Source: Candidatus Binatia bacterium
GTDB taxonomy: Bacteria; Desulfobacterota; Binatia; Bin18
Assembly: GCA_025057295.1 (NCBI GenBank)
Contig: JANWXO010000003.1
Coordinates: forward strand, 1 to 44,786
Length of the DNA: 44,786 nucleotides
Direction: 5' to 3'
Shown piece by piece: positions 26,768 through 34,963 of the stretch. The translations under genes were made by a program, and so were the position numbers. The notes under the pieces were generated by a model, which ran no database searches, had not been told where the DNA came from, and was given only the letters and a program-made list of their open reading frames with translations. Position 1 is the first letter of the stretch; the number at the start of each line of letters is the position of its first letter.

Positions 26768-27033
26768 CCCCGGAAACGGTGCTCGATGTGTTGCGTGGCG
26801 CTTTGGAGGTCGGGATGGCAGTGTCCGGTCCGATCCTCCTGACCAGTCTTCTTGCTGGCGTGGCGGTGAGTATCGTGCAAGCCGCTACGCAAATTAACGA
26901 CCAGACCCTGGTCTTCGTGCCGAAGATGCTTGCTGCTGCGGTGGTGCTGGTCCTGTGTGGAACTTGGATGATGCAACTGTACATCGACTTCACCCGCGCG
27001 GTGCTTCTCCGTCTCCCCACGTTGCCGGGCTAA
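26764..27033 (+). CDS. fliQ: Flagellar type III export gate protein FliQ
   Basis: It is 89 aa with an ATGA overlap with fliP. Motif: LLAGVAVSIVQAATQINDQTLVFVPKMLA. Confidence 0.9.
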   Translation: MTPETVLDVLRGALEVGMAVSGPILLTSLLAGVAVSIVQAATQINDQTLVFVPKMLAAAVVLVLCGTWMMQLYIDFTRAVLLRLPTLPG

Positions 27034-27052
27034 GGTACGGAGTACGTGGGGC

Positions 27053-27952
27053 GTGGACAACAACGGTATGTCGGTGCTGGCCCAATTCATCACTGCGCAC
27101 TGGACCACAGTGGTCATCTTCGTGCTTGTTTTGGCGCGCACGGGCGGGGTGATCGTCAGCGCCCCTTTTTGGGGAGGAAGGATGGTCCCCGGTCTCGTGC
27201 GCTTTGTCGTGGCTGTGGTGGTCAGTGTTGCCGTCTACCCGCTGGCGACCCGCACCCTCGCGGAGACCGCGAGAGATTCTTTCCGCCTCGATGAGGATCT
27301 GTCTCTTTTTGTGCTCCTGGTCGCCCTGGGAGCGGAGAGTCTGTTGGGACTCGGGTTGGGATGGGTAGCCCAGTTCCTGTTCACCGGCATGCGTGTGGCC
27401 GGGCAGGTGGTGGAAATCAGAATGGGACTGGGATTGTCGCAGCTCCTCGATCCCCAGGACGGTGGACAGACGACCACCCTCTCCACACTGTTTGAGCTTG
27501 TCGCGGTCCTGGTGTTTTTTTCTCTCAACGGCCACTTGTTGCTCATTCAGGCTCTCGCGGCCAGTTATCAGCTGTTTCCTCTGAGTCTGGAGCGGGTACG
27601 TCCCGCTCTCTCCGGACTTCCAGTGGCGACAGAGACGGTCCCCACGCTTGCCCGTCCCTCTGTGGTTGCCTTTCTTGCTGGAGTCGTGAGCAGTGCTGGA
27701 ACAATTTTTGCGATTGCTCTGCGCATAAGTGCTCCAGTGGTAGTCGGGCTGCTGCTCAGTGACCTGCTCTTGGGCATCATGAGTCGGACAATTCCGCAGA
27801 TGAATATCTTTGTGGTCTCGTTGCCGCTCCAACTCGCACTCGGCCTGGTGGTGCTGTTCTTCTCGCTGCCGGCCTTGGTGTGGTTCTGCACGGCGCAGTT
27901 CTCGCTCCTGAACGAGCACCTCTCAGCCTTCCCGCGGGGTGGAGGACGATGA
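27053..27952 (+). CDS. fliR: Flagellar type III export gate protein FliR
   Basis: It is polytopic. FVLVLARTGGVIVSAPFWG is typical of the FliR N-terminus. The start is GTG 27053 or ATG 27068. Confidence 0.88.
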   Translation: MDNNGMSVLAQFITAHWTTVVIFVLVLARTGGVIVSAPFWGGRMVPGLVRFVVAVVVSVAVYPLATRTLAETARDSFRLDEDLSLFVLLVALGAESLLGLGLGWVAQFLFTGMRVAGQVVEIRMGLGLSQLLDPQDGGQTTTLSTLFELVAVLVFFSLNGHLLLIQALAASYQLFPLSLERVRPALSGLPVATETVPTLARPSVVAFLAGVVSSAGTIFAIALRISAPVVVGLLLSDLLLGIMSRTIPQMNIFVVSLPLQLALGLVVLFFSLPALVWFCTAQFSLLNEHLSAFPRGGGR

Positions 27953-28034
27953 GGATGAAAAGCAGGCGAGGAACCCACGTCGGATTCCAGCACCTTGGAG
28001 AGAGGTAACTGCCACTGCTCCTCGCAGGTGTGTG

Positions 28035-29123
28035 ATGCTAGAAGAGAGAGACCAGTTTGAACGAACCGAAGAGCCAACTCCGCGACGGCGAGAGGAGGCA
28101 CGCAAGAAGGGACAGGTGGCGAAGTCGCGCAGCCTCATCCCGGCTGTGACGCTTCTGGCTGCCACCTGCGTGCTGTACTTCATCGCGAGAGAGCTGCTCG
28201 TCAAGCTGGAGCGACTGTTTCGCGGCTGTTTTTCCCTGACCGGGAGAGCAGGCACCATCACTCAGGAAGACGTCTTTTCCCTGCTGCTGGAGTCTGGGCT
28301 CTTATTCCTTCCCGTCTTGTTGCCGCTCTTTGCTGGCGTCGTGGCCGCTGGGGTGGCAGGAGGCGCCCTACAGACGGGCTTTCTCTGGACCGCTGAACTC
28401 CTGCGTCCGGACCTCTCGCGCCTCAATCCTCTAGCCGGGCTGCGTCGCCTGTGCAGTGGGGAAGCGGTTGCGGAGCTGGTAAAGGCGCTCGGCAGTGTCA
28501 TGTGCCTCGGCGGGCTCGGTGTCGTGGCGCTGTATATGCATCTCCCCGCTTTTGCCGCGCTGAGTACTCTGGAGGTAGTGGACATTGTCCGTTATGGCGG
28601 CAGAGAAGGGGGATGGCTGTTGACAGCGGGGGTAGGGGTGATGACCGCCCTGGCCGGGCTCGATTATGCCTATCAGCGCTGGCGCACAGAAGTGCGGCTG
28701 CGCATGAGTCGCCACGAAGTGAAAGAGGAGCTGCGCGAGCACGAAGGGGATCCCTTGATCAAAAGCCGTCTCAAGAGCATCCGCCAGAGACTGGCACGCC
28801 AACGCATGATGGCCGATGCCGCGCGGGCTGATGTGGTGATCACCAATCCTCACAGACTCGCGGTCGCGCTGCGCTACCGTCCTGACGAGATGGCGGCCCC
28901 GAAGGTGGTCGCGAAAGGGGCAGGGTTTGTCGCACAGAGGATCAGAGAGATCGCGAGGGAGAAAGGCATTCCGCTGGTGGAAAACAAGCCGCTGGCCCAA
29001 CTACTCTATCGGCTGGTTGAGGTCGGAGAGGAAATTCCTGAGACCCTCTACCGCGCCGTGGCAGAGGTGTTGGCCTATGTCTATCGGCTTCGCCAACGGG
29101 TGGACCTGAGGAGCGGTGCATAA
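28035..29123 (+). CDS. flhB: Flagellar type III export switch protein FlhB
   Basis: ATG 28035 within ORF 27939..29123. The N-terminus has ERTEEPTPRRREEARKKGQVAKSR, followed by four TM segments. The C-terminal domain has ..VVITNPHRLAVALRY..APKVVAKGAG.. (variant NPTH region). Confidence 0.9.
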   Translation: MLEERDQFERTEEPTPRRREEARKKGQVAKSRSLIPAVTLLAATCVLYFIARELLVKLERLFRGCFSLTGRAGTITQEDVFSLLLESGLLFLPVLLPLFAGVVAAGVAGGALQTGFLWTAELLRPDLSRLNPLAGLRRLCSGEAVAELVKALGSVMCLGGLGVVALYMHLPAFAALSTLEVVDIVRYGGREGGWLLTAGVGVMTALAGLDYAYQRWRTEVRLRMSRHEVKEELREHEGDPLIKSRLKSIRQRLARQRMMADAARADVVITNPHRLAVALRYRPDEMAAPKVVAKGAGFVAQRIREIAREKGIPLVENKPLAQLLYRLVEVGEEIPETLYRAVAEVLAYVYRLRQRVDLRSGA

Positions 29124-29154
29124 AAGCGGAGTAGCCTGGGAAGCGAGAAGCGAC

Positions 29155-31224
29155 ATGGCTGAGCGCAGGGGACAGAGACTGACGGTGGTGAGCGGAACTG
29201 AACTTGGGTTGGCCCTGGCGTTGGTTGGGGTCCTGGTCATGATGGTTCTTCCGGTGCCGGCCTGGCTGCTCGATCTGGCGTTGGTGCTCAGCATCTCGCT
29301 AGCCTTGACCGTCCTCGTGGTCGCGCTGTACGTCCAGGAACCTTTGGACTTTTCCGCCTTCCCTGCTGTGTTGCTCTTTTCTACCCTCTTTCGTCTCGCC
29401 CTCAATGTCGCCTCTACCCGTTTGATTCTCCTGCACGGAGAAGAGGGGACAGCGGCAGCCGGGCGGGTGATCGAGGCGTTTGGTCAGTTTGTCGTGGGAG
29501 GGAATTACGTAGTCGGGTTTATCGTCTTTCTCATCCTGGTCGTCATCAATTTTGTGGTGATCACCAAAGGAGCCACCCGGATTGCTGAAGTGGCCGCCCG
29601 CTTTACGCTCGACGCGATGCCAGGAAAGCAGATGGCGATCGACGCCGATTTGAACGCCGGCTTGATTAACGAGGCCCAGGCCCGACAGCGCCGCTATCGG
29701 ATCCAAAAGGAAGGGGATTTTTACGGAGCCATGGATGGGGCGTCGAAGTTCGTGCGCGGGGATGCCATTGCTGGGCTGATCATCCTCGCGGTGAACCTCG
29801 TGGGAGGATTCTTCGTCGGTGTTTTCCAAAAAGGACTCGATGTCGCCCAAGCGGCCCGCACCTACAGCCTGTTGAGTGTGGGAGACGGGTTGGTGAGTCA
29901 AATTCCCGCTCTGATTATTTCTACGGCGGCCGGGATGGTGGTGACCCGTACCGCTTCCGGTGCCGATCTCGGCAAAGAGTTGGGAGTGCAACTGTTCTGG
30001 CGTCCGCAGGCGCTGGCCGTGGTAGCAGGAATTCTGGCTTTGTTCGCTCTTATTCCTGGCTTTCCCTTCTTTCCGTTTGTGTTGACGGCGGCCGTTGCGG
30101 CCGGAGTGTCCTATACGGTCGGACACGCCAAAGAGCAGCTCGAGGTGCAGCAGGAGGCAGCGGCGGCGCAAAGCACGGCGGCGGCCGAACAGGCGGAACC
30201 GCTCCGCTCTGCTCCGCTCGACCTGCTGGAATTAGAGGTAGGGTACGAGCTGGTCCCATTGGTAGACGGTGAAAAAGGCGGATTGGTCGAACGGATCAGA
30301 GCGTTGCGGCGTCAGCTCCTCGCCGACAAAGGATTTCTCGTCCCCCAGATTCACATCCGCGACAACCTGCGCCTGGGCAGCAAGGAATATGTCATCCTGG
30401 TCAAGGGGGTGGAGGCGGGCAGAGGAGAGCTGCGCCCAGGCCGGCTGCTAGCGATCAGCGCCGGACAGACGGTGGGCGAGCTGCACGGAGAAGAGACCCG
30501 TGAGCCCTCCTTCGGGTTGCCTGCGCTCTGGATCGCTGCGGCAGACCGGGAGCGAGCAGAGATCATGGGGTATACGGTGGTGGATGGAGAGACCGTGCTC
30601 ATCACCCATCTGTCAGAGATCGTCAAACGCTATGCGCCTGATCTGCTCACCCGTCAGGATGTGCAAAGGCTGTTAGACGGCCTGGCGCAAGAACACCCAA
30701 AGGTGGTAGAAGAGCTGATCCCCCACCATCTGACTGTCGGCGGAGTACAAAAAGTCCTGCAAAATTTGCTGCGCGAAGAGGTTCCCATTCGTGATCTGCT
30801 GACCATCGTCGAGACCCTGGCGGATGCTGCACCTTATACCAAGAATCCTGACGAGCTGACCGAATACGTGCGTCAGGCGCTCTCGCGTACGATTACCGCT
30901 GCCTACCGCACTCCTGAAGGGGTGATTCCTCTTATGACGGTGGATCCGCACATTGAGCGGGTGATTCGCGATAGCGTACAGGAAGGGATGGCGCTCGATC
31001 CGCAAGCGGCGCAGCGCATTCTCGGCAGCGTCCAACGGGCGGTCGAGGTATTTACGGCCCGCGGCCTGTTGCCGGTGTTGCTGACCAGTCCAGGGGTGCG
31101 CCGGCATCTCCGACAGTTGCTCGGTCGCTATCTGCCGCAGGTCGCAGTCTTGTCGCATAGTGAAATTGCCGAAGGAGTAAAAATCCAATCTCTCGGTGTG
31201 ATTAGGTGGAGCGATGGAACTTAA
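29155..31224 (+). CDS. flhA: Flagellar type III export gate protein FlhA
   Basis: ATG 29155 within ORF 29116..31224. Motifs: FPAVLLFSTLFRLALNVASTRLIL, FVRGDAIAGLII. A large C-terminal cytoplasmic domain is present. Confidence 0.93.
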   Translation: MAERRGQRLTVVSGTELGLALALVGVLVMMVLPVPAWLLDLALVLSISLALTVLVVALYVQEPLDFSAFPAVLLFSTLFRLALNVASTRLILLHGEEGTAAAGRVIEAFGQFVVGGNYVVGFIVFLILVVINFVVITKGATRIAEVAARFTLDAMPGKQMAIDADLNAGLINEAQARQRRYRIQKEGDFYGAMDGASKFVRGDAIAGLIILAVNLVGGFFVGVFQKGLDVAQAARTYSLLSVGDGLVSQIPALIISTAAGMVVTRTASGADLGKELGVQLFWRPQALAVVAGILALFALIPGFPFFPFVLTAAVAAGVSYTVGHAKEQLEVQQEAAAAQSTAAAEQAEPLRSAPLDLLELEVGYELVPLVDGEKGGLVERIRALRRQLLADKGFLVPQIHIRDNLRLGSKEYVILVKGVEAGRGELRPGRLLAISAGQTVGELHGEETREPSFGLPALWIAAADRERAEIMGYTVVDGETVLITHLSEIVKRYAPDLLTRQDVQRLLDGLAQEHPKVVEELIPHHLTVGGVQKVLQNLLREEVPIRDLLTIVETLADAAPYTKNPDELTEYVRQALSRTITAAYRTPEGVIPLMTVDPHIERVIRDSVQEGMALDPQAAQRILGSVQRAVEVFTARGLLPVLLTSPGVRRHLRQLLGRYLPQVAVLSHSEIAEGVKIQSLGVIRWSDGT

Positions 31225-32329
31225 ATATTTTTGGGGAAGAGACATGGATGAAGCCCTGCGCGCGGTGCGGGCGACCTTGGGCCCGGACGCCTTGATCCTC
31301 GAGACTCGCAGTGTAGCGGGGGAGAACGGGACGGGAAAAGGCATGGGAGTACAGATTACTGCCGTGCGAGAGACCAACGAAGCAGCGGCCTCTTCACTGC
31401 CGCCAGCGGATGCTGGTCAGCCCGAGGACAGTCGGACATTAGCTCTTGGCGATCAGCAACGGCAGACGATTCTGATGCAGGACAGGTCGCCGGAGTTGAT
31501 GAGCAGGGAGCTGGAAGAAGTCCGTCAGGAGCTTGCCGCCCTGCAATCCTTGTTCTGCTGGCTCGTGCCTGGGATAGGAACAGGAGGGCTGCTCGAAGAG
31601 CTGGTGCGGCAGGGCGTAGCCCCGCACCTGTTGGCACGTCTGCTGCGGGAGACGGCGTCGATCGCGGGGGCGGATGAACGCGAGAAGATGCGGCAGGTGC
31701 TGACGCGGTCGATCCCTACCGGGGGCGATATAGAGACCAAAAGAGGGAAGAGGCAGTATCTTGCGCTCATCGGCCCTACGGGAGTGGGGAAAACGACCAC
31801 CGTGGTCAAGCTGACCGTGCGTCTCGCGTGTCGAGGGGATCGCCGCATCGGCTGGGTGAGCCTGGATAACCGCCGTATCGCTGGCGCGGAACAGCTCGCG
31901 GTCTACGCCGGAATTTTGGGAGTGCCTTATGAAGTAGCGGAGAATGCGGAGGGGCTGGCTCAGGCATTAGGACACCTGTCGGCCTGTGATGTCGTGCTCA
32001 TCGACACCAGTGGAACCAATCCCCAAGATACTGCAGCACTCGAGGAGCTGGCAGCGTTTCTCGCAGCGGTTCCTGAGCTCCAGCGCGCTCTGCTCCTCAG
32101 CGCGACGACCAATGGCGCGGATATGACGGCCTGGGTGGAGCGGTACCAACGGGTTGGCTTCGACTCACTGTTGTTCACTAAACTGGACGAGTGCACGCAT
32201 TTTGGTCCACTGGTCACCGTTGCCGTGACCTGCGGTCGTCCGCTCTCCTATGTCACCAACGGGCAACAGGTGGCGAACGGCTTGGAGGTCGCCACTTCCG
32301 AGGCGATTGTCCGCTTGCTCTTGCCATAG
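31214..32329 (+). CDS. flhF: Flagellar placement SRP-type GTPase FlhF
   Basis: It has the B-domain start MELKYFWGRDMDEALRAVRATLGPDALILETR and the G1 motif LIGPTGVGKTTT. Downstream G motifs include DTSG and TKLDE. It overlaps the flhA 3' end by 11 nt, and AGGTGGAG lies upstream. Confidence 0.88.
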   Translation: MELKYFWGRDMDEALRAVRATLGPDALILETRSVAGENGTGKGMGVQITAVRETNEAAASSLPPADAGQPEDSRTLALGDQQRQTILMQDRSPELMSRELEEVRQELAALQSLFCWLVPGIGTGGLLEELVRQGVAPHLLARLLRETASIAGADEREKMRQVLTRSIPTGGDIETKRGKRQYLALIGPTGVGKTTTVVKLTVRLACRGDRRIGWVSLDNRRIAGAEQLAVYAGILGVPYEVAENAEGLAQALGHLSACDVVLIDTSGTNPQDTAALEELAAFLAAVPELQRALLLSATTNGADMTAWVERYQRVGFDSLLFTKLDECTHFGPLVTVAVTCGRPLSYVTNGQQVANGLEVATSEAIVRLLLP

Positions 32330-32391
32330 AGGACCGGATGGATCGGCAGAACATCCAGTTGCGAATGTCCAATCGCTGAGTGGTTCATCCT

Positions 32392-33282
32392 ATGAACGCA
32401 TGTGTCGATACTGACAACCAGCATCATATCCATCAGGATTGCTCCGTCAGTCCCTCCCCGACCCACGTTTTTGCCGTCACCAGCGGGAAGGGCGGGGTGG
32501 GAAAGACCAATGTGGTGGCCAACCTTGCTGCCGCTCTCGCCCTCGCCCGCAAGCGCGTCATGGTGATTGATGCCGATCTCGGGCTCGCCAATCTCGATCT
32601 CTTCCTGGGAGTCACGCCACAGTACACCTTGGCGGATTTCTTTGCCGGCACCAGGGCGCTGACTGACGTCATCATTCCTGGCCGTCTCGGCATCGCCCTT
32701 CTTCCAGCAGCCAGCGGAGTGCAGGAAGTCACGTCGCTGAGTGGCGAGCAGAAGATCTCTTTCCTCACCGAACTCGACGCCCTGACGCACCGGATGGATG
32801 TCGTCCTGGTCGATACCGGCAGTGGCATCTCTGATACCGTCACCTATTTTGCCGCAGCCGCTCAAGAGATCATTGTTGTCGTTACTCCCGAGCCATCCGC
32901 CCTGGCCGACGCCTACGCGTTGGTCAAAGTCTTGGTTTCGACCCATCAGGAGAAGCGTTTTTGGATCTTGGCGAACAACGTCGAAAACGAACGCGAGGCC
33001 GCGCGTCTCTACGATACGCTCTCCCGTATGGCCCTGCGTTTTTTGAACGCGTCGCTCGACTTCTTGGGCTGGATTCCCCGTGATCGGGAGCTGGTGCGGG
33101 CAGTAGCCCGTTGTCAGATGGTCATGACGACCGCTCCGCAGAGTCCCGCGGCACGCGCGTTCATGGTGGTTGCGCACCGGCTCGCCGGGGCGGTTGCTGC
33201 GGAAGCGCGGGTGAAAGGGTGTCCGCAGTTTTTCTTTCGCCGTATCCTGGCGGTGGCAGGGAAGAAAGGGTGGGAGACATGA
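32392..33282 (+). CDS. flhG: MinD/ParA-type flagellar number regulator FlhG (FleN/YlxH)
   Basis: ORF 32380..33282 (GTG 32380 or ATG 32392; neither has an SD). It has the deviant Walker A SGKGGVGKT, VIDADLGLANLD, and a C-terminal amphipathic helix FFFRRILAVAGKK. The same frame is open upstream from ATG 32338 and is interrupted only by TGA 32377-32379 (see findings). Confidence 0.85.
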   Translation: MNACVDTDNQHHIHQDCSVSPSPTHVFAVTSGKGGVGKTNVVANLAAALALARKRVMVIDADLGLANLDLFLGVTPQYTLADFFAGTRALTDVIIPGRLGIALLPAASGVQEVTSLSGEQKISFLTELDALTHRMDVVLVDTGSGISDTVTYFAAAAQEIIVVVTPEPSALADAYALVKVLVSTHQEKRFWILANNVENEREAARLYDTLSRMALRFLNASLDFLGWIPRDRELVRAVARCQMVMTTAPQSPAARAFMVVAHRLAGAVAAEARVKGCPQFFFRRILAVAGKKGWET

Positions 33283-34175
33283 CTTCAGCGCCGTCGTCGC
33301 GCCAATCCGGTCTCGCGCATCGCAGCGAAGACAGCCAGGCGCATATCCCGAGTCAGGCTGATCCACGGGCAAAAATGCTCGAAGCATACCTCCCACAAGT
33401 GCGCCTGGTAGCAGAGCGGACTCACCGTCGTCTCCCGCCGGGGATCGACTTGGAGTCGCTCGTGCACGCCGGGGTGATGGGGCTGTTAGAGGCCTTGCAG
33501 CGCTACGATCCTCGCCGTGGCGTCGCGTTCCACGCCTATGCGCGCTATCGCATCCAGGGCGAAATCATGGAGTATCTGCGCTCGCTCGACTGGGTGAGTC
33601 GCTCGGTGCGAGCATGGGGACGCAAAGTCGCGGCGGTGCGCGATCAGCTCGCGGGACGCCTCGGCCGGGAAGCCACGGCACAGGAAATAGCGGCCGAGCT
33701 CGGCATTTCCCTCCAGGAGTACTACCGCATCGATCAAAAGGTCAGCGAAGGCGCGATCCTGAGTCTGGAAGACCTCGCCATGACCTCGGAGGAGGACTGG
33801 CACAGGGCTAAAGAACACTTTGCTCGTCATCCCTTTGTGGACCCGCTGGCCCTCCTAGAGCAGGCGTGCGACCCGCTCACCTGGGTCGAGGGAAAGGATT
33901 TGGTCGAGAAGTTGACCGCCGCGATCGCCGCCCTCCCTGAGCGGGAGCGGTTGGTGGTGACTCTGTACTACCATGAAGAACTGACGTTTCGGGAAATCGG
34001 TGAAATTTTGGACCTCAGCGAAGGGCGTATCTGTCAGCTGCATGCCCAGGCGGTTGCCCGATTACGCCAAGCGTTAGGGGGAAAAGCCGCAGCCCACGGG
34101 AAGGAGAACGGCGCCAGATCCTCTTCCCGCACGGCTCGAAGCGTCGGAACAGAGGCGAGCGTTCGTGTGGCGTGA
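33279..34175 (+). CDS. fliA: Flagellar sigma factor FliA (sigma28)
   Basis: ATG 33279 overlaps the flhG stop (ATGA) and follows GGGTGGGAG. Region 2 reads LVHAGVMGLLEALQRYDPRRGVAFHAYARYRIQGEI. Region 4 reads LPERERLVVTLYYHEELTFREIGEILDLSEGRICQLHAQAV. Confidence 0.88.
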   Translation: MTSAPSSRQSGLAHRSEDSQAHIPSQADPRAKMLEAYLPQVRLVAERTHRRLPPGIDLESLVHAGVMGLLEALQRYDPRRGVAFHAYARYRIQGEIMEYLRSLDWVSRSVRAWGRKVAAVRDQLAGRLGREATAQEIAAELGISLQEYYRIDQKVSEGAILSLEDLAMTSEEDWHRAKEHFARHPFVDPLALLEQACDPLTWVEGKDLVEKLTAAIAALPERERLVVTLYYHEELTFREIGEILDLSEGRICQLHAQAVARLRQALGGKAAAHGKENGARSSSRTARSVGTEASVRVA

Positions 34176-34200
34176 TCCCTAGGGAGAACGACGGGCAGCG

Positions 34201-34404
34201 ATGGCGGATATGGTCGGCAAAATTCCCGCCCCACTCGCAGAGCCGACGCCGGTGACGGCACGGACGGGGGAGCGGAACCCGCGGGATAGGAAGAACCTGG
34301 CCCACAAGCGACACACGCCGACCAGAGGGGCGCAACGACCGTCTGCCGAAATCGCGGAGGTCAACACGGGAGAGCGGGGAACCGTGCTCGACATCAGGGT
34401 ATGA
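34201..34404 (+). CDS. Possible small basic protein (67 aa), no recognisable family
   Basis: This ATG-initiated ORF fills the fliA/next-gene gap. Third-position GC looks coding-like by eye. The SD is weak (GGGAGA 12 nt upstream), and the stop abuts the SD of the next gene. The sequence is Pro/Arg-rich and low in complexity. Confidence 0.25.
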   Translation: MADMVGKIPAPLAEPTPVTARTGERNPRDRKNLAHKRHTPTRGAQRPSAEIAEVNTGERGTVLDIRV

Positions 34405-34417
34405 AAGGAGTGTATGT

Positions 34418-34963
34418 ATGGATGCTTTCTGGCAATGGAGTGACAGTAGCGCAGTGCAGATCATGTGGGTGCTGGTCGGGGTGGTTGGACTCCTCTTCTG
34501 CCTCTGGCTCAAGGAACGAAGCCGGAAAAAATGGGGTGAGCAAGCCGCACGACTGCAGGAGGCGGTACACAATGCCAATGTGATAAACAGCAATTTCTTC
34601 CACTCGCTGGAAGTGGTGCAAAAGCACCTCGAGTCTCTGCTAGTCCGTGCCGACACTGCCGAGCAAAGGCTGCGCCGCCTGTTGACCCAGGCAGAGGTTG
34701 GCAGAGTCGATCAATACGCGACAGCCTCTCTCCTCCTCTCTGAAGGGGAGGAAGTGGAACAGGTGGCCCGGGTGCTTCGCCTCCCGCTGACGCAGGTGCG
34801 TCTGGTGCAGGAGTTGCGGCAGGAGGTAGACAAGAAGAGGCAGCAGGGCGGTGGAGACAAGGAGACGAAGAAGATAAGCGGAGATTCCCGCACCAAAGGG
34901 GACAAGAAAAAGCTGCATCCCCTCGCTGCTCACGCGATCGGCGATGGTGGAGCGCCCAGCTAA
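34418..34963 (+). CDS. Uncharacterised single-pass membrane protein with a coiled coil and an HTH-like C-terminal segment
   Basis: A strong SD AAGGAG lies 7 nt upstream. The TM is VQIMWVLVGVVGLLFCLWL, followed by KERSRKKW. A predicted helical region follows, then LLLSEGEEVEQVARVLRLPLTQVRLVQEL, then a Lys-rich tail. Confidence 0.7.
   Translation: MDAFWQWSDSSAVQIMWVLVGVVGLLFCLWLKERSRKKWGEQAARLQEAVHNANVINSNFFHSLEVVQKHLESLLVRADTAEQRLRRLLTQAEVGRVDQYATASLLLSEGEEVEQVARVLRLPLTQVRLVQELRQEVDKKRQQGGGDKETKKISGDSRTKGDKKKLHPLAAHAIGDGGAPS

Noticed and set aside
31632-31647. A sigma54-like box TGGCAC-gtctg-CTGCG inside flhF. A similar one, TGGCCA-acttt-TTGCG, lies inside fliG at 14373-14388.
   Set aside because: Both lie deep inside coding sequence, with no operon start downstream at a sensible distance. 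They show that CTGC-type matches arise by chance here, which is why the fliK candidate at 17936 is scored low.
32377-32400. Selenocysteine insertion at the in-frame TGA of flhG. A small hairpin GTTCAT-cct-ATGAAC lies 6 nt downstream.
   Set aside because: The hairpin has only 6 AT-rich bp and a 3-nt loop, unlike bacterial SECIS elements. There is also no functional rationale for Sec in a MinD-type ATPase. The TGA itself is kept as a finding, but not as Sec.
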